DNA from: Bdellovibrionales bacterium
Lineage (GTDB): Bacteria; Bdellovibrionota; Bdellovibrionia; Bdellovibrionales; UBA1609
Length of the DNA stretch: 64,000 bases
Direction: 5' to 3'
Assembly (NCBI GenBank): GCA_023299885.1
Contig: JALZUS010000018.1
Span: 2,646 to 66,645 of the forward strand
The translations under genes and the position numbers were made by a program. This document shows positions 28,825 to 36,911 of this stretch, in pieces. The notes below the pieces were generated by a model. The model was not told where the DNA came from. It did no database searches and saw only the letters and a list, made by a program, of their open reading frames with translations. Numbering within the stretch: the first letter of the stretch is position 1; the number at the start of each line of letters is the position of its first letter.

Positions 28825-29493
28825 ATGCAAAAAATAGGACCACTAAATTCACTCACTAATACTAAACCTAATTCTAAAATAGCTTTTGTTATTTTACATG
28901 GATATGGGGCTGATGCTTCTGACCTTTACCCTTTATCTAATGTCATTGATACTGAGGCTGACTTTATTTTTTTAGAAGCCCCATTAAACTTAAACCTTGG
29001 TGGTGGATTCATGGGCAAGGCATGGTTTAGCATAGACCAAGCAGAACTTATGCAGCCCGAGAGAAAAGACTTTTCTTATAAAACTTCTGATGAAATGCAT
29101 AGTGCCACAGATAAAGTTATTGAAAGCTTAAGTGAAATAGCTAAAAACTATAGCGAAATATACTTAGGTGGCTTTAGCCAAGGCGCCATGATTAGCGCAA
29201 ATACTTTTATTACTTCTTTTGCAAAAGACTTAAATTTACCTATTACAAAATTAATATTGATGTCTGGAGCAAGAATTAACTTAGACTTTTGGAAAACGCA
29301 TTTAGCTACTTGCCCACAAATTTCATTATTTAGCTGCCACGGCACTCAAGACTCCGTACTCCCCTTTAAATTTGGTGAAGGGCTTTTTAGTTTTTTAAGC
29401 TCTCATTTAAAAGGTCAGTTTGTTCGTTTTGATGATGGGCACACCATTCCTAACGGAGCTTTAGGGAAACTCAACGATTGGTTGAAAAGCTAA
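28825..29493 (+). CDS. Alpha/beta hydrolase, phospholipase/carboxylesterase family
   Basis: HGYGAD, the nucleophile elbow GFSQGA, and a C-terminal catalytic His (GHTI). The ATG at 28825 is preferred to the TTG at 28807. Confidence 0.8.
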   Translation: MQKIGPLNSLTNTKPNSKIAFVILHGYGADASDLYPLSNVIDTEADFIFLEAPLNLNLGGGFMGKAWFSIDQAELMQPERKDFSYKTSDEMHSATDKVIESLSEIAKNYSEIYLGGFSQGAMISANTFITSFAKDLNLPITKLILMSGARINLDFWKTHLATCPQISLFSCHGTQDSVLPFKFGEGLFSFLSSHLKGQFVRFDDGHTIPNGALGKLNDWLKS

Positions 29494-29609
29494 TGATTAC
29501 GAGGATTTAACTTAAATTAGCCTTTGTATTATTTTCGATAACAATCATAAAGTTTTCTAAATAACTTATTACTTTTGATATTTTAAAGCTGGCTATTCAT
29601 TATAAGCCC

Positions 29610-31679
29610 ATGATCAAATTAATATTAAGCTTAGTCTCAATACTTTTAACTTATCAAATGGCTAAAGCGAGCACATGTGCTGATGCTCTAGAGTCTGCAA
29701 TGCAAAGCTCATTTATCTTTACTAACTTAAGCACAAGCCAGCTAGAAAGTAATTTAAAAAGAGAGGCTCAAAAGCAAATTAGTGCCTTCAACCAATTAGC
29801 TAGCAATAAAGAAACACCCAGTTTTAAAAATACTATTGATGCCTATATGAGTGTTACTAGCATAGGAAACAATACTATCGGTGAAATTTATACGCTTTAC
29901 TATAATACTAAAAGTAAAGAAATCTTGAATTTATTTACTACAATGAAAGATCATGAAAATAAGTTTAATAGTTTAAAGAGGGAGAGTTTAGAATTTTTCA
30001 ATAGAGTTGATCTTGTCTTTAACAATATGTCTGGCTTAACTAATGAAGAAAAAGCTATTGTGACTGACTTAAGGAACTCACTTTTAGAAAGTGGAGTCAA
30101 TTTAGATGCAGCAAATAAAGAAAAGCTTACTGATTTAAATACCAAAAAAACACAGCTGATTAGCCTGTTTAAAAATAATATGTCTCAAGCTAAAAAAGAA
30201 TTTAGTTTTGAGATAAAAAATATAAAAGAGCTATCCGGATTACCTAAAAACTTTATAAAAAGTATTCAACAAGTAGACAAAAAAACAAAGAGAGTAACTT
30301 ATAAGCTCAATGCTTCTAACCCACATCGCATGACTGTATTAACCTACGCCGACTCTGATGCTTTAAGAAAAAGCTTTACTATGAAAAGAGCTGAGATAGC
30401 TGCACATGGAGCCAATGAAAATAGAAGTGTTATTTTAGACCTTATGAAAGTAAAACAAGAGATAGCGGCTTTGCTAGGATTTAAAAGCCCAGCACAGCAA
30501 AAATTAATTACTAAAATGGCTAAAACTCCTGAAAAAGTTTATAGTTTTTTAAATCAAAGAATTTCTGACAATATTCAACTAGCAAAAACAGAACTAAAAG
30601 AACTTCAAGAGTTTAAAGACCAAGCGACTCAAAGTAATGAGCCCATAAAACCTTGGCAAATAATGTACTGGGCTAACAAACTTAAAGTTGAAAAATATTC
30701 TTTTAAAGAGTCTGAAGTTAAAAACTATTTCTCTTTAGACAATAGCCTCAACGGTATGTTTCTAATAGCCAATAAACTTTATGGCATTACAGCTACCGAA
30801 GTAAACACTATCAAAACTTTTCATGAAGATGTAAAAGTATATGAAATAAAAGATAGTAGCGGAAAAGTGCTTGCACATATGCATGCCGATTTTTTCTCTA
30901 GAGAGGGAACTAAAGAGAGTGGTGCTTGGGCTATGCCGCTTAAGCCACACAGCTATAAAAAGGGTGTACGCCAACCTTATACAGTCAGCATAAGCACCAA
31001 TTATATTAAAAGCGATAATACTCTGCTAACGCTCAGAGAAGCTGAAACACTATTTCATGAGTTTGGCCACGCCCTTCATGGCATACTTTCTGAAACAAAA
31101 TATAATTACTTCTCTGGCACATCTGTAAAGCGTGATTTTGTTGAATTGCCTTCACAATTTATGGAATTTTATATTTGGGAAAAAGAAAGCTTGGATCTGT
31201 TTGCGACACACTATAAAACAGGTAAAAAAATGCCTGATGAACTTTTTGAAAAAATGGTGGCTGCAAAAGAATTTCGTAAAAGTAGCAATATATTAAGACA
31301 AACAAAACTTTCTTTACTCGATATGAACTGGCATGACACAAAGAATCTTCCCCTATCAAACAGCTATGAAAGTATTCTGGAGTTTGAAGCTAAGGCTATG
31401 GCTCTTGCAGACATTAATAATAGCGCAGCCTTAAGCCTTAGCAGCGTAGGTTTTAGTCATATTTTAGAAGGCTATTCGGCTGGTTATTATGGCTATGCTT
31501 GGGCTGACCTTTTAGCAGAAGACGCCTTTAGTGCCTTCAAAGAAACTGGCAACATCTTTAATCCTAAAGTAGCTAAAAAGTTTAGAAAGCTACTTGCTGC
31601 TGGCGGCTCCATAGATCCTCTAGAGCTTTACACACTATTTAGAGGCCAAGCACCAAGCTTTATTGGTGACAACAACTAA
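29610..31679 (+). CDS. M3-family zinc metallopeptidase (Dcp/oligopeptidase A-like), secreted
   Basis: 689 aa with a signal peptide and HEFGHALH zinc motif, with a downstream E in the FVELPSQ region. Confidence 0.85.
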   Translation: MIKLILSLVSILLTYQMAKASTCADALESAMQSSFIFTNLSTSQLESNLKREAQKQISAFNQLASNKETPSFKNTIDAYMSVTSIGNNTIGEIYTLYYNTKSKEILNLFTTMKDHENKFNSLKRESLEFFNRVDLVFNNMSGLTNEEKAIVTDLRNSLLESGVNLDAANKEKLTDLNTKKTQLISLFKNNMSQAKKEFSFEIKNIKELSGLPKNFIKSIQQVDKKTKRVTYKLNASNPHRMTVLTYADSDALRKSFTMKRAEIAAHGANENRSVILDLMKVKQEIAALLGFKSPAQQKLITKMAKTPEKVYSFLNQRISDNIQLAKTELKELQEFKDQATQSNEPIKPWQIMYWANKLKVEKYSFKESEVKNYFSLDNSLNGMFLIANKLYGITATEVNTIKTFHEDVKVYEIKDSSGKVLAHMHADFFSREGTKESGAWAMPLKPHSYKKGVRQPYTVSISTNYIKSDNTLLTLREAETLFHEFGHALHGILSETKYNYFSGTSVKRDFVELPSQFMEFYIWEKESLDLFATHYKTGKKMPDELFEKMVAAKEFRKSSNILRQTKLSLLDMNWHDTKNLPLSNSYESILEFEAKAMALADINNSAALSLSSVGFSHILEGYSAGYYGYAWADLLAEDAFSAFKETGNIFNPKVAKKFRKLLAAGGSIDPLELYTLFRGQAPSFIGDNN

Positions 31680-31702
31680 TTTTAATACAAATATACATAG
31701 CT

Positions 31703-32437
31703 ATGGAATTAGTAAAAACAATGGATATAGAAATTTTAGGAACCGTCTCTGTTTATTTAGGGATTGGCCTGCAAGTAGCTTTTTCATTACTACTTGGCGG
31801 AATGGTTGGCTATGACCGAGAGAAAAAATTAAAATCTGCTGGCATAAAAACAAATATTTTAATTTGCCTTGGCGCTACACTTTATACTTCTGTCGGAGTA
31901 CTTATGTCGGCTAGCTCTATAGCCGCTGGCGGAGTCGCAGACCCTGCACGTATGGCCGCACAAATTGTAAGTGGTATTGGATTTTTAGGGGCCGGTGCTA
32001 TTATCCAGGGCCGTGGCGGAGTTATTGGATTAACAACTGCAGCCACTATTTGGGTCGTTGCTGCATTAGGCTTTACTATTGGTACAGGGTATCCCTTTAC
32101 AGCCTTTGGATTAACTATTGTTGTTTTATCTATTTTAAAACTAATTAGTCCACTCTACAGTCTTTTTGAAGGCGAAAGAGCTATGGAACATTTTGAATTA
32201 GAAGTCTCTTCACGTGGAACTACAAAAAAAAATGTGCTTAGCTTTTTAAAAGCTGAAGGCATTACTATTGATGAAGTCAGAGAAGAAGAGTGGGACTACG
32301 GTCGCACTGGCAGACAACTACTTACCTGCTGCTTTACAACACATTATAAAAAAATAGACCGTGCTGTTTATAATATTGAAAGCCTTATTAAAGTAGAAGA
32401 TGTCGCTTATCATACCCTAATCGATAGCGAACATTAA
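31703..32437 (+). CDS. MgtC/SapB-family membrane protein
   Basis: 244 aa. N-terminal 5-TM MgtC core (GYDREKK..AGIKTN..GIGFLGAGAI) plus a soluble C-terminal domain. Confidence 0.8.
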   Translation: MELVKTMDIEILGTVSVYLGIGLQVAFSLLLGGMVGYDREKKLKSAGIKTNILICLGATLYTSVGVLMSASSIAAGGVADPARMAAQIVSGIGFLGAGAIIQGRGGVIGLTTAATIWVVAALGFTIGTGYPFTAFGLTIVVLSILKLISPLYSLFEGERAMEHFELEVSSRGTTKKNVLSFLKAEGITIDEVREEEWDYGRTGRQLLTCCFTTHYKKIDRAVYNIESLIKVEDVAYHTLIDSEH

Positions 32438-32454
32438 AAAAGCATACACTTAAA

Positions 32455-32491
32455 GCAAAAAAAAGAGAGCTCACTGGCTCTCTTTTTTTTA
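32455..32491. terminator. Bidirectional rho-independent terminator
   Basis: A-run, GAGAGC-TCACTG-GCTCTC, T-run, between the convergent MgtC gene and the giant Cys-rich gene. Confidence 0.8.
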
Positions 32492-32504
32492 TTTGTTTTA
32501 ATGA

Positions 32505-35500
32505 TTATTTAAGCTGAAAGTTATTGTTAAGCTCTGTCCAGCCGCCGCCGCCGCCGCCGCCGCTAGTTGTGCCGCCGCCAGTCGTAGTTGTGCCACCACT
32601 AGTTGTAGTTTGTGTGCTTCCGTCATCAGCTTCACAAATATAGAACTCTACTCTGTCAGACTTATCATCATCTGTTTTTTGTAAGTGATTATGTGACCTT
32701 ACGCCTTTATCACCTTGTAAATCATAACAATGATAGTCGCCATCTTCTTTATGAATATTAACGCCCAAGTAACTTAAACCTTTCGATCCACCAACTGTTT
32801 CATCAGATATACATATCTGAGTCCTAGGGCCCGCCGTATCTGTTGGCTGGCCTCTGTCTTCTGATGAACCAGAAGGAACAGGGAAATTGTATGTAGCAAT
32901 TGGCCTATAACCACTTACTCTAGCACATGCTGCTGCATACGATAATGAACCATTACTACCACTTGCTTTAATATACTTTTCTTTACAAGTACCGTTAATT
33001 AATACCTGAGTTGAAGAACATACTGTTTCACATCTGTTTCCAACACGCTTGTATCCTGAATCACAGCTTATGTATTCACAAGCTCCTTTTACAGTGCCGT
33101 TAGCACCACAGTTAAAACCGTATGTAGAGTTTGCATCATAACTTGGAGTCGCACAGCTTTGTGGATTAGGCTTAGTCGCATCACAAGCTACTGGTAAACA
33201 TGTATTTCCAGTACCACCTGCATAACCTGTTTTACACTCACAAGATTTATTACCTACAGCAACTTCATTAGCGCCACAAGATTTAATACATGCATTACCT
33301 TCTTTAGTGTAACCAGCGCTACAGCTAAATGTACATGCACCATAACCCGTACCTGTTGCATTACAAACTCTTGAATTAACCCCATTAGTAATCACAGGAC
33401 ATCCAGAAGTATTTACTTTATTTGGACTACATATAGCTGGCAAACATTGGCTACCAACCTTTACGTGACCAGCGTTACAACTTACAAAGTCACATGAACC
33501 AAGTGCTGTGCCTGTTGAATTACAAGTCTGCGAATAAGATGCGTTACTAATTGGCCCACTACAAGATTGAGTTGTTGAACCATTTTGACCACAAATCACT
33601 TTTTGACATACTCCTGCCACCATTAAGAAGCCAGCATTACAAGATGGAGTACAAGAGCCATAAGAGCCAGAAGCACTACATGTTTTTGTACCTGATGCAT
33701 TCGCTAATCCTGGGCTACATGCTACTGCAGCAGTACCTGGGCTACATTCACGAACAACCCATGTGTAAGACGCGATACCAATTTGATTAGAAGTATCTCT
33801 AACTTGTAAATAAGCTGTATGAGTACCTACTGATAAATCCGAAGTATTCACAGAAGCAGTGAAGTTAGTTGGATTACCAGAAACTGGAGCCCAACCTGTC
33901 CATAAAGCGCCCGGAAGCCTTGTTCTGTACCCATTAATACCTACATTATCTGTACCAGAAAAACCCAAAGAAGCATTAGTTTCTATTGTTGGGTTTGATG
34001 GTGTAGATGTAAATGTAGCCACTGGCTTAGCATTATCTGTACATGCAGTTTTAGCTGCATTCACAGTATAGCCGCTAGCACAAGTAACTACAGAACAAGA
34101 ACCATAAGCTGATCCATCAGCACTACATGTTTGAGCCGTACTTGATGCGTTAGCAATCGTACATGCTGATTGGCTTAGTACGCTATTAGGCGAACAAGCA
34201 TGTATAGTCCAAGTATACGATTCACTATGAACTTTATTAGATGTATCTCTACCTTCAACAGTAATAGTATAAGTCCCTGGCGATAAATCACCAGTATTTA
34301 CAGAGCCTGCATAGCTTGCAGGAGACCCCGCTATTGCTGACCATGAACCAAAAGAACCACCTGGTAACTTAACCCTAAAATCTTTAACCCCAACATTATC
34401 AGTAATATTAAAGCCTACATTTCCTGTAGTATTTGTTGTTGGGTTTGATGGCGTCGAGTTTAATGTAACAACAGGATTTTGATTATCACCACACACGCCG
34501 TTCACGTTTGTATGACCAGGCGTTGTACAACTTGAAGCCACACATGCTGTGTTTGCAGAGTTAGGGGCATATACAACACCATCAGATGTTCCACATGTTA
34601 CCACAGTACAAGCATCATAAGCTGAACCTGCCGCATTACATGTTTGAGATGTTGTTGTCGCATTAGCAATCGTACATGTTGATGGGCTCATTACACTTTT
34701 AGGTGCACATAGTTGAATAACCCAACTGTAGTCTGCGATATTATTTTTATTAGAAGTATCTCTAACCTGTACTCTTATTTTATGAGTACCAGGCGATAAG
34801 TCACTAGAGCTTAAAGACCCAGAGAAAGACTTTGGGTTACCGCTTACAGCAGTAAATGAAGTCCAAGCAGCGCCAGGCACTAAATATCTGTAGTCTTTAA
34901 TTCCAACGTTATCTGTTAAGTTGAAACTTGCGTTACCACTTCTGTCCGTTGTTGGGTTTGATGGCGTTGAGCTAAAAGAAGCAACAGGATCTTCATCATC
35001 GATACAAGCTATACCTGCTGCATTTGAAGTGTATCCAGAATCACAACTGACTAACTCACAAGAACCTGGAGTTCCTGAAGCAGAACAAGTTGATGAACCC
35101 GATCCATTAGCAATATCACATGATGATACAGTACCAGGAACACATTCTGTTGGCTCACAAGCTGTGCCTGCAGCGTTTAATAAATAACCCGAGTTACAAT
35201 CAATAATTGTACATGGAGACCGGCCACCATTATCACAAGTAATTTGCCCTGTTCCATTTGTTATCGGACATAAAACATTTTGGAAAGATGATGCGTTACA
35301 AGAGTTTGGATCTACTGGGTCACAGTATTGGATTCCATTCTGCTCGTAACCATTAAAACAGTTTAGAGCTTGAGAGCCTGGTTCAGCTTCACAGTTACCA
35401 TACTGATTTGTATTTGTATCACAAAGCTGTACTCCTGTACCGGTTTGTGGCTCGCCAGTGCTACTACCTACATGACAGATTTGCTGAGGACCATTTGCAC

Positions 35501-36566
35501 AACCCGGAGTATGAGATTCGTATGGCAAACACACTAAACTATTATTATTAATTGCATTCGGATAGAAACCAACCGGGCAAAATCCACCAAGATTATTTGT
35601 TACCGGAGCTGTATTACATACTGGCTCACCATTAGCGTAACCAATAATATGATCGCCTGCCGGACATGTGCCGTTAAAGTCGCCTGTTGTGTTTGGTAAA
35701 ACTTCACAGTTTACAGTATTACCAACTGTATTTAATAAATACATTCCCGCTGGACAGATATGTGAAATATTATTTACTGGTAATTGATCACAAGAAGAAG
35801 ATGAAATTAAGAACTCGCCAGCACCACATGTAATATCTGAAGTACTTGGAGTAAATAGCTCTTGGCATACAGCTGCGCCTGAGGCATCAGTACCCACTAA
35901 AGCTTGTCCAGTTGAACATGATAAAGAATCTGTCGCTGACAAATCTACATCTACACATGTTGGAGTTACATTACCACTCTCATCAGTAACTATATTTACT
36001 AATTCTTGAGGGATTGGACATACCGTATTAATTGTTGGAGTTACTGGAGGAGTTACACCTGCACAAGCAGTGATTTCTTCACAAACAGCAGATCCACTAG
36101 TGTCTATTCCACGTAAGTAGTCAGTAGTGTCAGAACAAGATATGCCATTCGCTCCTGGGTGAGGTTGGCAAATAATAGCACTATTGGCTCCAATTGAACT
36201 TAAGCTTGAACCATTACTACAAAGTATACTGTCACCTGATGGTGGAAATTGACAGTTATCTAAACAGTGAGCCACGTCATTTTCAGAGTCATACTCATAT
36301 AATGTAGAACCAGCTGGGCATAAAGCTCCATTTGCCTGAGTAAGGTCAGCACATAATACAATACCTTCTAAGTCGGTACCAACAGCCACCTGATTATCTC
36401 CACAAGTATTTTGGCCAACAGCAACAACAGAACCACTACTAGAATCTAAAGTGCCAAAACGAGCCTGCGAGCAGTTATTATATATAAAAGGTATACAGAG
36501 CGCCATTGCGACGAATGCACCTAATAATGCCTGTCTTCCGTTAAACATTGCAGAAACTGCTTTCAT
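32505..36566 (-). CDS. Giant cysteine-rich modular surface lipoprotein (1353 aa), function unknown
   Basis: Signal peptide ends IPFIYNNC-SQ. GGAGG RBS 8 nt upstream. Contains about ten 2-Cys mini-repeats, eight or nine 5-Cys modules of roughly 40 aa, three Ig-like repeats, a conserved C-terminal domain and a Gly/Thr tail. Clear paralog of 36912-39092. Confidence 0.8.
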   Translation of the reverse strand: MKAVSAMFNGRQALLGAFVAMALCIPFIYNNCSQARFGTLDSSSGSVVAVGQNTCGDNQVAVGTDLEGIVLCADLTQANGALCPAGSTLYEYDSENDVAHCLDNCQFPPSGDSILCSNGSSLSSIGANSAIICQPHPGANGISCSDTTDYLRGIDTSGSAVCEEITACAGVTPPVTPTINTVCPIPQELVNIVTDESGNVTPTCVDVDLSATDSLSCSTGQALVGTDASGAAVCQELFTPSTSDITCGAGEFLISSSSCDQLPVNNISHICPAGMYLLNTVGNTVNCEVLPNTTGDFNGTCPAGDHIIGYANGEPVCNTAPVTNNLGGFCPVGFYPNAINNNSLVCLPYESHTPGCANGPQQICHVGSSTGEPQTGTGVQLCDTNTNQYGNCEAEPGSQALNCFNGYEQNGIQYCDPVDPNSCNASSFQNVLCPITNGTGQITCDNGGRSPCTIIDCNSGYLLNAAGTACEPTECVPGTVSSCDIANGSGSSTCSASGTPGSCELVSCDSGYTSNAAGIACIDDEDPVASFSSTPSNPTTDRSGNASFNLTDNVGIKDYRYLVPGAAWTSFTAVSGNPKSFSGSLSSSDLSPGTHKIRVQVRDTSNKNNIADYSWVIQLCAPKSVMSPSTCTIANATTTSQTCNAAGSAYDACTVVTCGTSDGVVYAPNSANTACVASSCTTPGHTNVNGVCGDNQNPVVTLNSTPSNPTTNTTGNVGFNITDNVGVKDFRVKLPGGSFGSWSAIAGSPASYAGSVNTGDLSPGTYTITVEGRDTSNKVHSESYTWTIHACSPNSVLSQSACTIANASSTAQTCSADGSAYGSCSVVTCASGYTVNAAKTACTDNAKPVATFTSTPSNPTIETNASLGFSGTDNVGINGYRTRLPGALWTGWAPVSGNPTNFTASVNTSDLSVGTHTAYLQVRDTSNQIGIASYTWVVRECSPGTAAVACSPGLANASGTKTCSASGSYGSCTPSCNAGFLMVAGVCQKVICGQNGSTTQSCSGPISNASYSQTCNSTGTALGSCDFVSCNAGHVKVGSQCLPAICSPNKVNTSGCPVITNGVNSRVCNATGTGYGACTFSCSAGYTKEGNACIKSCGANEVAVGNKSCECKTGYAGGTGNTCLPVACDATKPNPQSCATPSYDANSTYGFNCGANGTVKGACEYISCDSGYKRVGNRCETVCSSTQVLINGTCKEKYIKASGSNGSLSYAAACARVSGYRPIATYNFPVPSGSSEDRGQPTDTAGPRTQICISDETVGGSKGLSYLGVNIHKEDGDYHCYDLQGDKGVRSHNHLQKTDDDKSDRVEFYICEADDGSTQTTTSGGTTTTGGGTTSGGGGGGGWTELNNNFQLK
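32541..32561 (-). repeat. (GCC)7 trinucleotide repeat encoding a Gly7 run in the tail of the giant protein
   Basis: gccgccgccgccgccgccgcc read directly. It is in frame (GGC codons on the minus strand). Confidence 0.9.
33603..35000 (-). repeat. Three in-frame tandem repeats of about 435-510 bp, each an Ig-like module plus a 5-Cys module, inside the giant gene
   Basis: Protein repeats span aa 523-693, 694-843 and 844-988. Each starts D-x-x-x-PV..STPSNPT and ends after C..G[YF]......C. The DNA landmark GTTGGGTTTGATGG[CT]GT recurs near 33988, 34437 and 34950. Confidence 0.85.
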
Positions 36567-36686
36567 AAAGAATCCTCCCAGGATTTAATAATTTTCAAGA
36601 TACGTACTAGTGTTTTAATTATTACGGGACGCACCCGTACCTATATTAGACACTTACCCAATAAGTATCGGTTAAGAGTGGCTCAT

Positions 36687-36716
36687 ACTTAAACAGCTGT
36701 GAGTACAAAATGAGAC
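36687..36716 (-). promoter_or_regulatory. Bipartite motif GTCTCAT-N13-CTGTTTAAGT (minus-strand reading) upstream of the 1353-aa gene
   Basis: Plus strand reads ACTTAAACAG-N13-ATGAGAC. Both half-sites and the spacing recur identically at 39155-39184 upstream of the paralog. Confidence 0.45.
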
Positions 36717-36911
36717 AAATGTCGGAGTTTTCTAGATTTTAATCTCAGAAGTTCATCATTTTGACAGGACTTTGGGTTATCTAATTTTGAGGTTTCAAAT
36801 ATCATTTAGAGACAACATTTAAGCTAAACTGTCTCGGTTAAAGATAAACCAAAAAAAAAGACCCTTTAAAAGGATCTTTTTTTAAAAAATTTGAATTTAT
36901 TAAGATATAGA

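Noticed and set aside
33551-35187. Plus-strand ORFs 33551-33790, 33859-34071 and 34921-35187, and the periodic DNA repeats in this region, as possible independent genes or a CRISPR-like array
   Set aside because: The periodicity is 450-510 bp and is explained completely by in-frame protein cassette repeats of the minus-strand giant gene. There is no short repeat/spacer structure, and the plus-strand ORFs are shadows.
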